DNA from: a virus
Taxonomy: Duplodnaviria > Caudoviricetes
DNA: 54,913 nt
IMG/VR virus record: IMGVR_UViG_3300021425_003774
Span: 1 to 54,913 of that record
Strand: one strand, 5' to 3'
Positions 1-11,627 of the stretch are shown in pieces; the first letter of the stretch is position 1, and the number at the start of each line of letters is the position of its first letter. Below the pieces are notes generated by a model. The model saw only the letters and a program-made list of their open reading frames with translations, made no database searches and was not told the origin of the DNA. The position numbers and the translations under genes are program-made.

Positions 1-2
1 TC

Positions 3-3000
3 CAGATTCGCAATATTGGGACAGGCGATTATTCAATCACAAATCCTCAGCAAGGAAATAGTATTGAATTTTATGACGGTACCGCAGGTATTGTTATTAA
101 ATATGCAGGCTCAAATAAATTAGCATTTACAAGTACAGGAACTGATTTTACAGGTCTTGCTACTACAACGATTGAAGGTAATCGTATTCTTACAACTGCA
201 GATGAAGGTGCAGGTAATGGATTAGATGCTGATACCGTTGATGGATTACAAGCAAGCCAATTCTTAAGATCTGATATTGCTGATACTGCAGCAGGAACAA
301 TTACTTTCTCACAAGATATTAATGTTGATGGGAATGCACAAATTGACGGAACACTCACCGTTGACCAAGGTGCATTATTTAAAGCATTACTTAGAACACA
401 ACAAAATTTACAAGTTGATGGTAATGCAGTTATTGATGGTGATCTTACTGTTTCAGGTAATACTACTTATGTAAATACCGAAGAGATATTACTCTCTGAT
501 AATATTATTACTCTTAATGCAAACTATACAGGCGGTTCTCCAACAGAGAATGGCGGTATTGAAGTTGAGCGTGGTATTCTTGCTAATGCAAAACTTGTAT
601 GGAATGAAGCATCAGATTATTGGCAATTAGAGGCAAATTCTCAAGTCATTGGTCGAATCATTACAACTGCAGACGAAGGTTCAGGAAATGGATTTGATGC
701 TGATACTGTTGATGGATTAGAAGCAGCTCAGTTCCTTCGTAGTGATGCAGACGATACTGCCACAGGTAATATAACCATTGAAGGCGATCTTACAATTGGA
801 GATAACGCAGGTCCTGCTCAAATCATATTTGATGGTAATGGAATAAACAGAACATTATATCAAGCAGCAGGTGAAATAGGATTCTTAAATTCTTCAGCCA
901 ACTGGGCAATGAAATCGGATGTTGATGGCGATCTTGAAGTTGAAAGAGATGTTGAAGCAGGCAGAGATGTAATTGCACAAGATGACATAACAGCCACTAC
1001 AGGTAATATAGCAGCAACTGCAGGCAATGTAACGGCAGGTGCTGATGTTACTGCACAGAATAATATAACAGCCACAACAGGAAACATTACAGCTTCCGCA
1101 GGAAATATCGCAGCAACAGTTGGTGATGTAACCGCAGGAGACGATGTAACTGCAGGCGATAGTATTACTGCCCAAAATAATATTACAGCCACAACAGGAA
1201 ACATTACAGCAACAGCAGGTTCAGTAGATGCAGGAACATCTGTATCGGCAGGAACAACGGTCACAGCAGGAACCGATGTAATTGGACAAAGATTTGTAGA
1301 TGCAGATGATAATTCTTATCTTGTAAATCCTGCTGGTGATTCAGTAATGAATACCATTGATATTGACGATTATGTTCGTCACAATGGTGATACAAATACC
1401 TATATAGGATTCAGTGCAGAAGATACAGTTGTTGTCGGTGCAAGTGGTACAAATAGATTAACAATTACTCCTTCAGCAGTTACAGCATCGGTTGATGTAT
1501 ACGGTCCAAGATTTATTGACACAGATAATAATACATATCTTGTTGACCCAGCAGGTACTTCAGTCATTAATGATATATCCTTAGTTGGTGAAATCATTCA
1601 CGATGGCGATACTAATACATATTTAAATTTTGTCGCAGCAGATCAATTTGAAATCGTAACAGGCGGTGGACAAAGAGTATTAGTTAAAAATACCGGCGTT
1701 GATATTACAGGCGATCTTGATGTAAGTGGAAATATTACAGCAGTAGATGGTACATTCACTGGTGACCTATCAGCATCAAGATTTGTTGATTCTGACAACA
1801 CAAACTATTTCTTAGATCCTAATTCTGATTCTGTATTACACTCAATCGGTATTGATGATTATATTGTTCATAATGGTGATTCAAATACTTATCTTGGATT
1901 TGATGGTAATGATAATATTGTATTCCATACAGCAGGCGCTGAAAGATTTGAAATTAATGCAACAAATATCACAGGTACTGTTGATGGCATATTCCCGAAC
2001 TTATTTGCTTCAAGATATTACGATTCACAGAACGCAACATATTATTTAGACCCAGCAAGTAATTCAAGATTAAATGGAATAGGTCTTGTTGGTACTATAT
2101 TCCACGACGGTGATACAGATACTTTCATTCACTTTGATGCTGCCAACTCAATAGAATTTGTCGCAGGCGGAAATCAACGATTCCTTGTGCAAGGTACATA
2201 CGCATTAGCAACTAATCAAATGCGTTCACCTATCTATTACGATAGTAATAACACAAATTATTACGGCGACTTTGCATCTACTTCTCAGATGGCACAAATT
2301 GATATTGATAGTTATATTCGTCATCGTGGTGATACAAACACTTATCTTGGCTTTGATGCAAACGATAGTATTACATTCGTAACAGGTGGTGCTGAACGAG
2401 TAAATATTACTGATTCGTTATCAACATTCTATCAGCCTGTTACTGTTCAAGGCGCAGTCACTGCAGACAGATTTGTTGATAGACAAAATGCATCTTATTA
2501 TGTTAATCCTGCTGATGCAGGTTTAGCAGCAACATTTGCTGGTGGTATTCGTATTAATGCAATTTCTAATTATACTCGTTATGATGATAATTCAGGTGAC
2601 GGTGGTATTGCATTAGCAGGTCCTTCTGATATTACTGGCACAAGTGGCACAACCGTAGCAATTAGTGGTCAATACACTTCAGGCTATGCGTTGATGTATC
2701 TCAACAGAATTGACCCAACAGCCAATCCTTTTAATGGTGGTAATAGATTTATAGAATTCAGAGCTGATGGTGCAACTGGTGGATCAATCCGCGGTGACAG
2801 TTCTGGAAACATATATCAGATATTACAGTCAGGAACCAATTGGGGATTCTGGACATCGGGAGCAAGTGAAGCATTAATTGTTGATGATAGCGGAAACGTT
2901 ATGATCTCAAACTCAACTGCTCCAACATATACAACAGGTGATAATACTCCAGTAGTTGGCGGAGCACTTACCACAAGTAAATTACATATTGGCGGTTCAA

Positions 3001-6000
3001 TTCAATTAGCAAATAACGATGATGCTATTGTAATTGGTCGTGGTACAGCAACATTCCTTAAAGACGAAGAATTAGGATTTGGTTGGGGCGGTGGTTGGTA
3101 TATGCTTGATGGTACATATATTCGTGCCAGAAACAATAAGCATATTTACACAACAGGCTCATACTACGGTAACGTTTATTACTCATATCAAAATACTGCT
3201 TATTATGCTGACCCAGATGGTTATTCACAATTTGCTGGTTTAGATGTTGATGATTATATCAGACATCGCGGTGATACAAATACATTCCTTCGTTTCCCAT
3301 CGAATGATTTTATAACACTTGGTACAAATAATACTGCAAGACTTAATATATCAAACTCTACTGTAAGAGCAAGAAACAAATTTGAAGTTTACGGTCCTGG
3401 TATTGAAATACAAAAAGGAAGTAATGGCGGTGGTGTAGGACTTACAGTATCAGACCAAAACAGTGGAGAGAATCCAGGATTAAGTGGATTACAGCAAGGT
3501 TCTATTTTATTCTATCATTCTGATGGTGCCGTCACTACAGGTTCAAGCGCTGCTTGGTATTTCAATTCATCAGAAGCAACTACTCATTACGTATTTGGAA
3601 CAAACAGCGGAGCAGCTGGTGGTAATCTTGTCCCAATCGTTACCAACTCTGGTAGTTTAGGTAATTCAAGTTATCGTTGGGGTTCATTATACGCAGGAAC
3701 AGGTAATTTCTCAGGTGATGTAACTGGTAATAATGCTTACTTCTATCGTTACTATGATAGGAATGATGCAACATATTATGCTGACCCAGCAGGTACTTCT
3801 TATCAACAGTATATGAATATTAATGTTGGTAACGAAAACACAGGTGGTGCAAACTCAAGTACTATCGGATTGATGATGAGAGGTAATTACAATAGTAATA
3901 CCTGGGCTCATAAATTCCATAAGTATGACCACGGTGGCGGAGTACCGATTTACTTATCAGAAACAATTGGTACTGGAGCATGGCAAGCAGTTCAAAGATG
4001 GGGATCATATACAGGAAACTCATTTAAGTCGCAAATATTTGGTACTCTAAAAGTTGATACAAATATTCATACACCAATATTGTATGATTCAGATAACTCT
4101 GGATATTATGTAAATCCAGCCGGCTCATCAAGAATGGATACAATTACTCTTGATGGCAATGCGGTTGTATTGAGGGAACCGACTGGTGACTATGGCTCTC
4201 TTGCAGTTGATGGCGGTGGAAGAAATGGATATGAAGGATTCTCAATCGGTGGTCGTTCTGTCTTTATGCATAACAATGCCGGCCGAACAGGTATTTACAA
4301 TGATGTAGATAATGAATGGTTCTGGTATGCAGACCGAAACTCTTCAATGCGATTAATGTTTAATGGCGGCGAACAGGCAAGAACAGAAAGTGGATACTTC
4401 TTAGCAAATAATCAGATTCGTTCACCAATCTTCTACGATTCAAATAATACAGGCTATTACGTAGATCCTAATAATACATCAAGATTCAACGCAGTTCAAG
4501 CATTAAGATATTACTTTAACCACGCAACCACATATTATGCCGATGCAGCATCAGGTGATTATGGTTCAATGGAAGTTGGTGGTCAGAAGAATGGTTGGGC
4601 AGGATATTCTATTGCTGGTCAATGGGTGTTAATGTCTCCGGGTGCTGACCGCGTTGGCATATACAACGATACTGATAATGAATGGAGTCAGCAGTGGTAC
4701 AGAAATTCATATACACTGTTATACTTTAACGGTATACAACAAGCACAAACAGCAAATGGTTACTTCCTCGCAAATAATCAAATGCGAGCACCAATCTACT
4801 ATGATTCAAATAATACAGCTTACTTTGGTCATTTTGATGATCGCTCGAGAATGCGTACTCTTGAGCTTGGTATCAATGCGTTAACAAGTTCTGGTAGTTA
4901 TGCTTTAGGTATTAGTCATAACAATAGATACTCAATAGGTTTCCGTAATACAAATATTAATGGAAATTATCCTTGGTTAGTACACGACAATTTTAACTTT
5001 AACCAAAAAGGAAATAGAGATGCATTTATTGTTCACTTCAATGGATTGGGCGATAGATTAAATCTTACAGAAGACGGTGACTTACTTATCTCTGGAGAGA
5101 TGGCAGCTTCAAATTACAACCTTAGTGGTGGTAATGAAAACATATCGTTAAGTAAATTATATACTCGTGGTGCTGCCGATGAAACACTCTTTGATGGTAC
5201 AATGTACTTTGAGAAACGTGTTATTCAGAATATGCAAGGCGCTGAAGATTATACTACAAACGTTACATCAGAATTTGTTAAATCGCCTGATGCTCCAGGC
5301 GGATCTTCTTATGTATTAAGAACATCTGCATATAGAACCTTCTATTCAGATTATGTTGAAGTAGAACCTGGTGAAGAAGTATTTGGTGAAATTCACGCAA
5401 GAAGAATATCAGGTTCAGGTGGTCTACTTTATTATGGTATTGAAAGATTTGATAAAGATAAAAGACCAATTGCTGGTAATACAGGTACAACATACTTTGT
5501 CACCGGCGGTAATAATGTAACAAGTACATCTTGGCAGACATTTAGAAATCACACAACAATTCCGACATCTCATACTCCATATAATGGCTCAGATGGTGGC
5601 GGTGTAAGATATGTCAGATTAAGAATTCTTTATAACTATAATTCTGGTGGAGCTCTTCGTGAGTTCACAATGCCAATTCTGAAGAGAGTTAATTATCATT
5701 CAAATATTAGAACTGATTATGATATTTTTGCTAGCAGATTATATTCATATCAGAATACAGGTTTTTATATTGACCCAGACAATACGTCAATTATTAATGA
5801 CTTGACTGCTGACCAAATAACTGCTAACATTTATTACGATAGAGGAAACACCGCATACTATAACGATCCTGCGTCTAATTCTAATACTGTAAAACAAACA
5901 ATGCAAGAGTTGGTTGTTGATGCAGGTGGAAGAAATAATAGTAATGATGCAACTGCTTACTTCTCTGCAACCAATAATAATGATTGGGGAGTAATAATTA

Positions 6001-9000
6001 ATAAGAACCGTAGTGCAGCTACTGAATACGGTTTAGATGTTCGTATGGGTTCATCTCATAGTTACGGAATCAGATTATTAGCAGGCGGTACTGAAAGATA
6101 TAGATTAAACAATACATATATGTGGCATAGAGGTCAGTCACGTGCACCGATCTTCTATGATTCAGATAACACCGCATATTACACAGACCCAGCATCTGAA
6201 TCTAGAATTAATACATTAAGAACTGCAGGTCGAGTTGTAATTGGCGGTACATTCCAAAACAACCCTTATAACTCAGTATCATCTACAAGACTACACTTTG
6301 GTGGTGGTAACTCTGATGCGAATGGTAACTATTACATTGGTACAAACTTAGAAAACTATAATGGTAATTATACCAAGCTTGATTTAAGATGGCATACAGG
6401 TATTCGTATGGGTGCTCAGGCAGTCTACGGTGGTACTCGTATATACAACAACGAAGATTTAAGTACTCTGTTATTCTCTGTTGGTCGAAGTGATACACAT
6501 ACTCGTGTTGAAAGTGGTAACTTATATGTAATGAATGGAGATGCAAGAGCTCAAATATTCTATGACATTCAAGATACTAACTGGTATGCAAATCCAAATG
6601 GTACTTCAAGATTCAGAGAATTGGATGTTGAAAACAATGGAAGTCAGGAAGTATTTAGAGCATATAGATATGGCTCAGGTCCAGGAAACTATACTGCAGC
6701 AAGGACAATTAACCAATACGGTAATCACTCTTGGGGTATTGTTCACGAGTTTAGAATCGGTGAACCTGGCTCACAAAGCGTACCTGGTGGAACTGACAGA
6801 CCTTCTATTATGTTCTCAACTGGATATAATTCAACAACTTGGTCGGTTGGTTTCGGTTATGTAGATAACGATTTCAGAATCAAACAAAATCACGGTCATA
6901 TCAATCAATCTTGGGGTACTGAGAGATTTAGAATTAATACAAGTGGTGAAGTTATTATTGGAAATAACTTCTATGGTACCAATGCTTACTTCAACCGTTA
7001 TTATGACAGAAACAATACTGGATATTATGCTGACCCAGCAAGTACATCTGTATTTAATGCAATGATATTTAATGGTGACGTTGATTTCAACGGTGGTGCC
7101 AATGCGATTAATATTACAAGTTCTGATATTCGTTCAGACGGTAATTCAAGTTGGACAGGTAACCCAGGAGCTGGTGTATTAAAAATACAAGCTCATAGTA
7201 ATAGATGGTATATTGTATCTAACGGCAACTCAAATAGAATTGTTCAGTTCAGACAAAACGGTACCGACAGATCTTATATTGCCAATGACGGTAGATTACA
7301 TGGTGTTGGTGGTACAGGTTCTCAAGATTGGAGAGCTCCAATATTCTATGATAATAACGACACTGGTTATTACATGGATCCGAACTCTACTTCAAACTCT
7401 GCAATAAGACAAAGAGGTGGAACATTACACGGTCCTAATACAACTTGGGGACAATATCTATATGTTGGTGGTAATGGACATTGGACTGGCGCTTATGCTT
7501 CAGTAGCAGCAACAAATGGTAACTTACACCTTGATGCAAGGGCAGGATACAGTATATACTTGAACAACTATGTTGGTGGTCAAACATACAACATAGGTAA
7601 CTTCTATTCAGACAGATACTACGATAGAAATAATACATCTTACTACGGTGACTTTGCTTCTACTTCATATATGAATGATGTAAGAGCTAACATATTCTAC
7701 GAACGTGAAAATACAGCATACTACTTTGGTTCAAGCCAAGGTGATGCAAGAATGCGTGATGTCAGATTCAATCAAGTAAGAGTTGAAAACGGTGCAACAA
7801 TTGAATCAGTAAATGGTGCTGGTAGAATTTACATGGGTGGTAACTTCCACATAGATGCACAGAACGGTTTAGATCTTTACCTCAACTATTATTCTGGTCG
7901 AAGAACAAGAATGTTCTATACTTCGAACAGAGAAGGCGCAAGACTCGATACGAATGGTATTTTCTACGCATTCAGTCAAATACGTACACCATTAATTTAC
8001 GACTATAATAATACTGGTTACTATCTTGATATGAATAACAACTCAAGGTTTAACGACCTTCAGTTGAGAGGATTATATGTAACCACACGTTATCATACAG
8101 GTTCTGACTTTACAGCAGGTACTCTTGTTCAAACAAGTATTCCTGCGACGGCAACTAACGGTGCTTCGTTCGTACTTGAGGCAACAGGTAAATCTTATTC
8201 AGGTGATCCGCCATTCATGTTCACCGCACAAGGTTACTTGTATGCTAATACTATTATTAACTATTCAGGTCAACACATTGGTAAAGCTGGTTTCGGCACA
8301 ATGTATATGTTCCAATACAATGGAGTATTATGTTTCTGGTGGCCAAGAGTATCTTATTGGAACTCCTTCGCCGTTCACGTAAGAAATGCAAACGGTGATG
8401 ATAGAAACTTAGTCACAAGTATTACAAACTCAGGATTACCTGGCGGAAGAACTAAAGAACGTCAAGTAGCAATGCGTACTACCGCAATGTACAATGTTAA
8501 CATTGGTACAGGTGATATGTATGCAACACGTTATTACGATAGCAACAATACATTCTATTATGGAGACTTTGCTTCAACATCAAGAATCAACGCATCCAAT
8601 AATTACGGTTATTTAACATTCCAAAATTATGGTGTTGGTGTTACAGGTACTTATACATCCACAAGATTACAACAAGTATTCGCAATGGGTTCATCATACA
8701 GATTACCTGCTGATGGTAACTCTACAGCAAATATGTATGGTATTGCTTGGTCGCATCCAAACGCTGGTTCTAAAGGTGGTGCCAATCAGTTAAACGATCA
8801 CGGTATGTTAATTATTAACAATGGTTCGTTTAGAGCTGCGATATCAAGTAGAGCAGTATTCTCTGCTGATATTCGTTCGCCAATATTCTATGATTGGAAT
8901 AACACCGGCTATTATGTCAATCCAGCCGGCAATTCTCAATTAAGCGCAGTATATGCTAACAATTGGTTCAGAGCCCAAGGTGGAACTGGTCTTTACTTCC

Positions 9001-11627
9001 AGGATTACGGATATGGTATTCGTTCAGCAGGTGGTGAAGGAAACCCATACGGTAACGTATCAACATATAACACCGGCCGAAACGGTTGGTCTGGTTATGG
9101 TATTGGTACTCGATGGACTCTGATGTCAACCGAAGGCAACAACTGGGGTATGCATGATAATACTCGTAGTTGGAACTTCTATTACAACGGTTCATATCAT
9201 AGATTCTATTATGGATATGTTTACTCAAGCGAATCATTCCGTGCTCCAATATTCTATGATTTAGATAACACTGGCTATTATGGAAACTTTGCTGGTGATA
9301 CTAACTGGCAAGGTCTAACAGCTCGTGGTCAAGCAATGATTGGCTTGCAGGGTATGACCAGAAGTGGCGCAATAAGTAACTACGGTAGAAGACCTAATAT
9401 AACAGGTGACTCTAACTATTGGACAGGATCCAAAGGTTGGGGTAGAGTTGATATGAACACAGTTGGTAACTGGGGTTCAGGATTCTTCGACTCATGGTCT
9501 AATCCGCCTAATCAACCTTCAGGTACTTCGCACTGGGTAGGTGTACAAGCATACCATTATTCTAACGGTTCAGCAAGATATGGTTGGCAGATGGCAGGTG
9601 GTCCGATTACCAACCTAAGATTCCGTTCTTCTTGGTCTGGTTGGAGAGCCTGGAGAACAATACCTGTTCTCGATGAAAATAGTGGTAACGGTGGTTCAAT
9701 GTATGCCGGCCGTTATTATGATTCTAATAACACCGGATATTATACTGACCCAGCATCTACTTCGGTAATGAACGTTCTTGATATTCGTGGAGAAATTTAC
9801 AACGATGGTTGGTTCCGAAACGATAACGCAGGTCGTGGTTTATATAATAGTTCAACAGGCAGACACTTCTATAGCCCAGGTTCAAGTTATTGGCACTTAG
9901 ATGGCGGTTCAAGTTCTGGTGGTTTAATTATATACGATCGTTATAACGGTTCACAAGGAAGCGGTACAGGTCGTCGTGGTTACCTCTATTACGATAGTTC
10001 AGGTTTCGGTCTGTTAAACAGTTCAGGTGGTTGGGCAGTTCGTATTAACCCAGGAAGTTCTTATACTGAAATTTATAGAAATCTTTATGTTGGAACTGAT
10101 GTAAGAGCACCAATCTATTACGATAGAAATAATACAGGATATTACTTCAACGGTGCTTCTGCTCATAGCACAAGATTTGAAGGTGTAAGTGCTAGAACAA
10201 TGGCTTGGTTAAATCAGCCAGGTCATACAAGAGATAGCGGTGAATATTACAGAGCAAGACCTCGTATAACAGGTAATACTGATTATTGGACTGGTGCGAT
10301 GGGTTGGGGTCGTCAAGATATGACCAACACCGTTGCCGATTGGGGTTCAGGATTTATTGATTCTTGGAGTAATCCACCTAATCAGCCTTCAGGTACATCA
10401 CACTGGGTCGGAGTTCAAGCGTATCACTATTCTAATGGTGGAAGCCGTTATGGTTGGCAAATGGTCGGCGGACCAATTACTAACTTAAGATTCAGAAGTA
10501 CTTGGGGTGGATTCCGTTCTTGGAGAACAATTCCAGTATTAGATGAGAATAGCACGAATGGTGGATCAATGTATGCAGGTCGTTATTACGATTCTAATAG
10601 TACAGGTTATTATACAGATCCAGCATCAACATCAAATATGAACCAAGTACGTGCATACGTATTTGACTTTAATGGTACAGGCGGTAACTCAGGAAGAGCA
10701 ATCGGTTCTTATCCTTATGAGTTATTCCAGGCTTCGGGTGGTTGGAGTTTCCCATATCCTGATTTAAGAATTAACTATCATACAGGTATTTCGTTAGGAG
10801 CAAATCCAAGTTACGAAGGTATGAGGTTCATGAATGATTATAACTCGAATACTGTTAGATTCCAAGTCAACGGTGGTTCAAGTTATACTTACGCAAATAC
10901 TTGGTTACAAGTTGGCGGTGGTGGTGTCGGTATCTATGATGGATATAACGGTGCTCACTTCTTCCCGAATAACCAAACAAGTTACGGCTCATGGGCAATA
11001 TACGGTAACAGAAGTGGATGGTATGGTTTAGCATGGCCACAACCTACTTGGGATCCTCACCTAATGTTCGATGGAAACGGCTCAGGTGGTATCTATCTAC
11101 AAGGTGGCGGTCGTTGGGTATACTATCATAACCGTAGTAATAACTGTACTGGCTTCGCATCATCAAGTACAGTTTCTGGATATCGTGTTAGAATCAACGG
11201 TTCACTGTATTGTAATGGTAACGTTGTTGCTTACTCTGATGCTCGTGATAAAGATAACATTATTACTATTGACGGAGCGTTAGATAAAGTATTACAATTA
11301 CGTGGCGTTTATTACGATAGAAAAACTAGAAAGCATTTAGTTGATGATCGTGATGAAATATATAAAGGACGTCAACTTGGTATGATCGCTCAGGAAGTTA
11401 AAGATATTGTTCCTGAAGTTGTATCTTATGCCGAAGAAATTGACCAATACGGTCTTGATTATCCTAAGATGGTTGGTTTACTTGTTGAAGGTATTAAAGA
11501 TCAAAACGCTATCGTAAAGAGTCAAGAAGAAACAATAAATAATATGCAGAAAGATATTGACATTCTGAAAGAAATGGTATATAATATGCAATCAATAATG
11601 GAGAATAGTAGCAATGGCACTAATTAA
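3..11627 (+). CDS. Giant long tail fibre / receptor-binding protein with C-terminal peptidase S74 chaperone domain (5'-truncated by window)
   Basis: The frame of ORF 909..11627 stays open back to position 3 (QIRNIGTG...GLDADTVDGLQASQFLRSD). Many YYDxxNTxYYxDPAxxS repeats. C-terminal YSDARDKDNI..ALDKVLQLRGVYY..GMIAQEV..PEVV..LDYPKMVGLLVEGIK is the S74 pattern, followed by a coiled coil. Confidence 0.9.
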   Translation, partial: QIRNIGTGDYSITNPQQGNSIEFYDGTAGIVIKYAGSNKLAFTSTGTDFTGLATTTIEGNRILTTADEGAGNGLDADTVDGLQASQFLRSDIADTAAGTITFSQDINVDGNAQIDGTLTVDQGALFKALLRTQQNLQVDGNAVIDGDLTVSGNTTYVNTEEILLSDNIITLNANYTGGSPTENGGIEVERGILANAKLVWNEASDYWQLEANSQVIGRIITTADEGSGNGFDADTVDGLEAAQFLRSDADDTATGNITIEGDLTIGDNAGPAQIIFDGNGINRTLYQAAGEIGFLNSSANWAMKSDVDGDLEVERDVEAGRDVIAQDDITATTGNIAATAGNVTAGADVTAQNNITATTGNITASAGNIAATVGDVTAGDDVTAGDSITAQNNITATTGNITATAGSVDAGTSVSAGTTVTAGTDVIGQRFVDADDNSYLVNPAGDSVMNTIDIDDYVRHNGDTNTYIGFSAEDTVVVGASGTNRLTITPSAVTASVDVYGPRFIDTDNNTYLVDPAGTSVINDISLVGEIIHDGDTNTYLNFVAADQFEIVTGGGQRVLVKNTGVDITGDLDVSGNITAVDGTFTGDLSASRFVDSDNTNYFLDPNSDSVLHSIGIDDYIVHNGDSNTYLGFDGNDNIVFHTAGAERFEINATNITGTVDGIFPNLFASRYYDSQNATYYLDPASNSRLNGIGLVGTIFHDGDTDTFIHFDAANSIEFVAGGNQRFLVQGTYALATNQMRSPIYYDSNNTNYYGDFASTSQMAQIDIDSYIRHRGDTNTYLGFDANDSITFVTGGAERVNITDSLSTFYQPVTVQGAVTADRFVDRQNASYYVNPADAGLAATFAGGIRINAISNYTRYDDNSGDGGIALAGPSDITGTSGTTVAISGQYTSGYALMYLNRIDPTANPFNGGNRFIEFRADGATGGSIRGDSSGNIYQILQSGTNWGFWTSGASEALIVDDSGNVMISNSTAPTYTTGDNTPVVGGALTTSKLHIGGSIQLANNDDAIVIGRGTATFLKDEELGFGWGGGWYMLDGTYIRARNNKHIYTTGSYYGNVYYSYQNTAYYADPDGYSQFAGLDVDDYIRHRGDTNTFLRFPSNDFITLGTNNTARLNISNSTVRARNKFEVYGPGIEIQKGSNGGGVGLTVSDQNSGENPGLSGLQQGSILFYHSDGAVTTGSSAAWYFNSSEATTHYVFGTNSGAAGGNLVPIVTNSGSLGNSSYRWGSLYAGTGNFSGDVTGNNAYFYRYYDRNDATYYADPAGTSYQQYMNINVGNENTGGANSSTIGLMMRGNYNSNTWAHKFHKYDHGGGVPIYLSETIGTGAWQAVQRWGSYTGNSFKSQIFGTLKVDTNIHTPILYDSDNSGYYVNPAGSSRMDTITLDGNAVVLREPTGDYGSLAVDGGGRNGYEGFSIGGRSVFMHNNAGRTGIYNDVDNEWFWYADRNSSMRLMFNGGEQARTESGYFLANNQIRSPIFYDSNNTGYYVDPNNTSRFNAVQALRYYFNHATTYYADAASGDYGSMEVGGQKNGWAGYSIAGQWVLMSPGADRVGIYNDTDNEWSQQWYRNSYTLLYFNGIQQAQTANGYFLANNQMRAPIYYDSNNTAYFGHFDDRSRMRTLELGINALTSSGSYALGISHNNRYSIGFRNTNINGNYPWLVHDNFNFNQKGNRDAFIVHFNGLGDRLNLTEDGDLLISGEMAASNYNLSGGNENISLSKLYTRGAADETLFDGTMYFEKRVIQNMQGAEDYTTNVTSEFVKSPDAPGGSSYVLRTSAYRTFYSDYVEVEPGEEVFGEIHARRISGSGGLLYYGIERFDKDKRPIAGNTGTTYFVTGGNNVTSTSWQTFRNHTTIPTSHTPYNGSDGGGVRYVRLRILYNYNSGGALREFTMPILKRVNYHSNIRTDYDIFASRLYSYQNTGFYIDPDNTSIINDLTADQITANIYYDRGNTAYYNDPASNSNTVKQTMQELVVDAGGRNNSNDATAYFSATNNNDWGVIINKNRSAATEYGLDVRMGSSHSYGIRLLAGGTERYRLNNTYMWHRGQSRAPIFYDSDNTAYYTDPASESRINTLRTAGRVVIGGTFQNNPYNSVSSTRLHFGGGNSDANGNYYIGTNLENYNGNYTKLDLRWHTGIRMGAQAVYGGTRIYNNEDLSTLLFSVGRSDTHTRVESGNLYVMNGDARAQIFYDIQDTNWYANPNGTSRFRELDVENNGSQEVFRAYRYGSGPGNYTAARTINQYGNHSWGIVHEFRIGEPGSQSVPGGTDRPSIMFSTGYNSTTWSVGFGYVDNDFRIKQNHGHINQSWGTERFRINTSGEVIIGNNFYGTNAYFNRYYDRNNTGYYADPASTSVFNAMIFNGDVDFNGGANAINITSSDIRSDGNSSWTGNPGAGVLKIQAHSNRWYIVSNGNSNRIVQFRQNGTDRSYIANDGRLHGVGGTGSQDWRAPIFYDNNDTGYYMDPNSTSNSAIRQRGGTLHGPNTTWGQYLYVGGNGHWTGAYASVAATNGNLHLDARAGYSIYLNNYVGGQTYNIGNFYSDRYYDRNNTSYYGDFASTSYMNDVRANIFYERENTAYYFGSSQGDARMRDVRFNQVRVENGATIESVNGAGRIYMGGNFHIDAQNGLDLYLNYYSGRRTRMFYTSNREGARLDTNGIFYAFSQIRTPLIYDYNNTGYYLDMNNNSRFNDLQLRGLYVTTRYHTGSDFTAGTLVQTSIPATATNGASFVLEATGKSYSGDPPFMFTAQGYLYANTIINYSGQHIGKAGFGTMYMFQYNGVLCFWWPRVSYWNSFAVHVRNANGDDRNLVTSITNSGLPGGRTKERQVAMRTTAMYNVNIGTGDMYATRYYDSNNTFYYGDFASTSRINASNNYGYLTFQNYGVGVTGTYTSTRLQQVFAMGSSYRLPADGNSTANMYGIAWSHPNAGSKGGANQLNDHGMLIINNGSFRAAISSRAVFSADIRSPIFYDWNNTGYYVNPAGNSQLSAVYANNWFRAQGGTGLYFQDYGYGIRSAGGEGNPYGNVSTYNTGRNGWSGYGIGTRWTLMSTEGNNWGMHDNTRSWNFYYNGSYHRFYYGYVYSSESFRAPIFYDLDNTGYYGNFAGDTNWQGLTARGQAMIGLQGMTRSGAISNYGRRPNITGDSNYWTGSKGWGRVDMNTVGNWGSGFFDSWSNPPNQPSGTSHWVGVQAYHYSNGSARYGWQMAGGPITNLRFRSSWSGWRAWRTIPVLDENSGNGGSMYAGRYYDSNNTGYYTDPASTSVMNVLDIRGEIYNDGWFRNDNAGRGLYNSSTGRHFYSPGSSYWHLDGGSSSGGLIIYDRYNGSQGSGTGRRGYLYYDSSGFGLLNSSGGWAVRINPGSSYTEIYRNLYVGTDVRAPIYYDRNNTGYYFNGASAHSTRFEGVSARTMAWLNQPGHTRDSGEYYRARPRITGNTDYWTGAMGWGRQDMTNTVADWGSGFIDSWSNPPNQPSGTSHWVGVQAYHYSNGGSRYGWQMVGGPITNLRFRSTWGGFRSWRTIPVLDENSTNGGSMYAGRYYDSNSTGYYTDPASTSNMNQVRAYVFDFNGTGGNSGRAIGSYPYELFQASGGWSFPYPDLRINYHTGISLGANPSYEGMRFMNDYNSNTVRFQVNGGSSYTYANTWLQVGGGGVGIYDGYNGAHFFPNNQTSYGSWAIYGNRSGWYGLAWPQPTWDPHLMFDGNGSGGIYLQGGGRWVYYHNRSNNCTGFASSSTVSGYRVRINGSLYCNGNVVAYSDARDKDNIITIDGALDKVLQLRGVYYDRKTRKHLVDDRDEIYKGRQLGMIAQEVKDIVPEVVSYAEEIDQYGLDYPKMVGLLVEGIKDQNAIVKSQEETINNMQKDIDILKEMVYNMQSIMENSSNGTN
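980..1280 (+). repeat. In-frame low-complexity tandem repeats (ITATTGNITA / DVTAG) in tail fibre
   Basis: ataacagccacaacaggaaacattacagc-type units recur at about 988, 1066 and 1183. Confidence 0.8.

Noticed and set aside
909-911. ATG 909 as the start of the tail fibre
   Set aside because: The frame is open from position 3 with typical fibre motifs, so the true start lies upstream of the window.
9385-10640. Diversity-generating retroelement TR/VR pair
   Set aside because: Both copies are in-frame coding, differences are mainly synonymous rather than adenine-specific, and no reverse transcriptase is present in the window.
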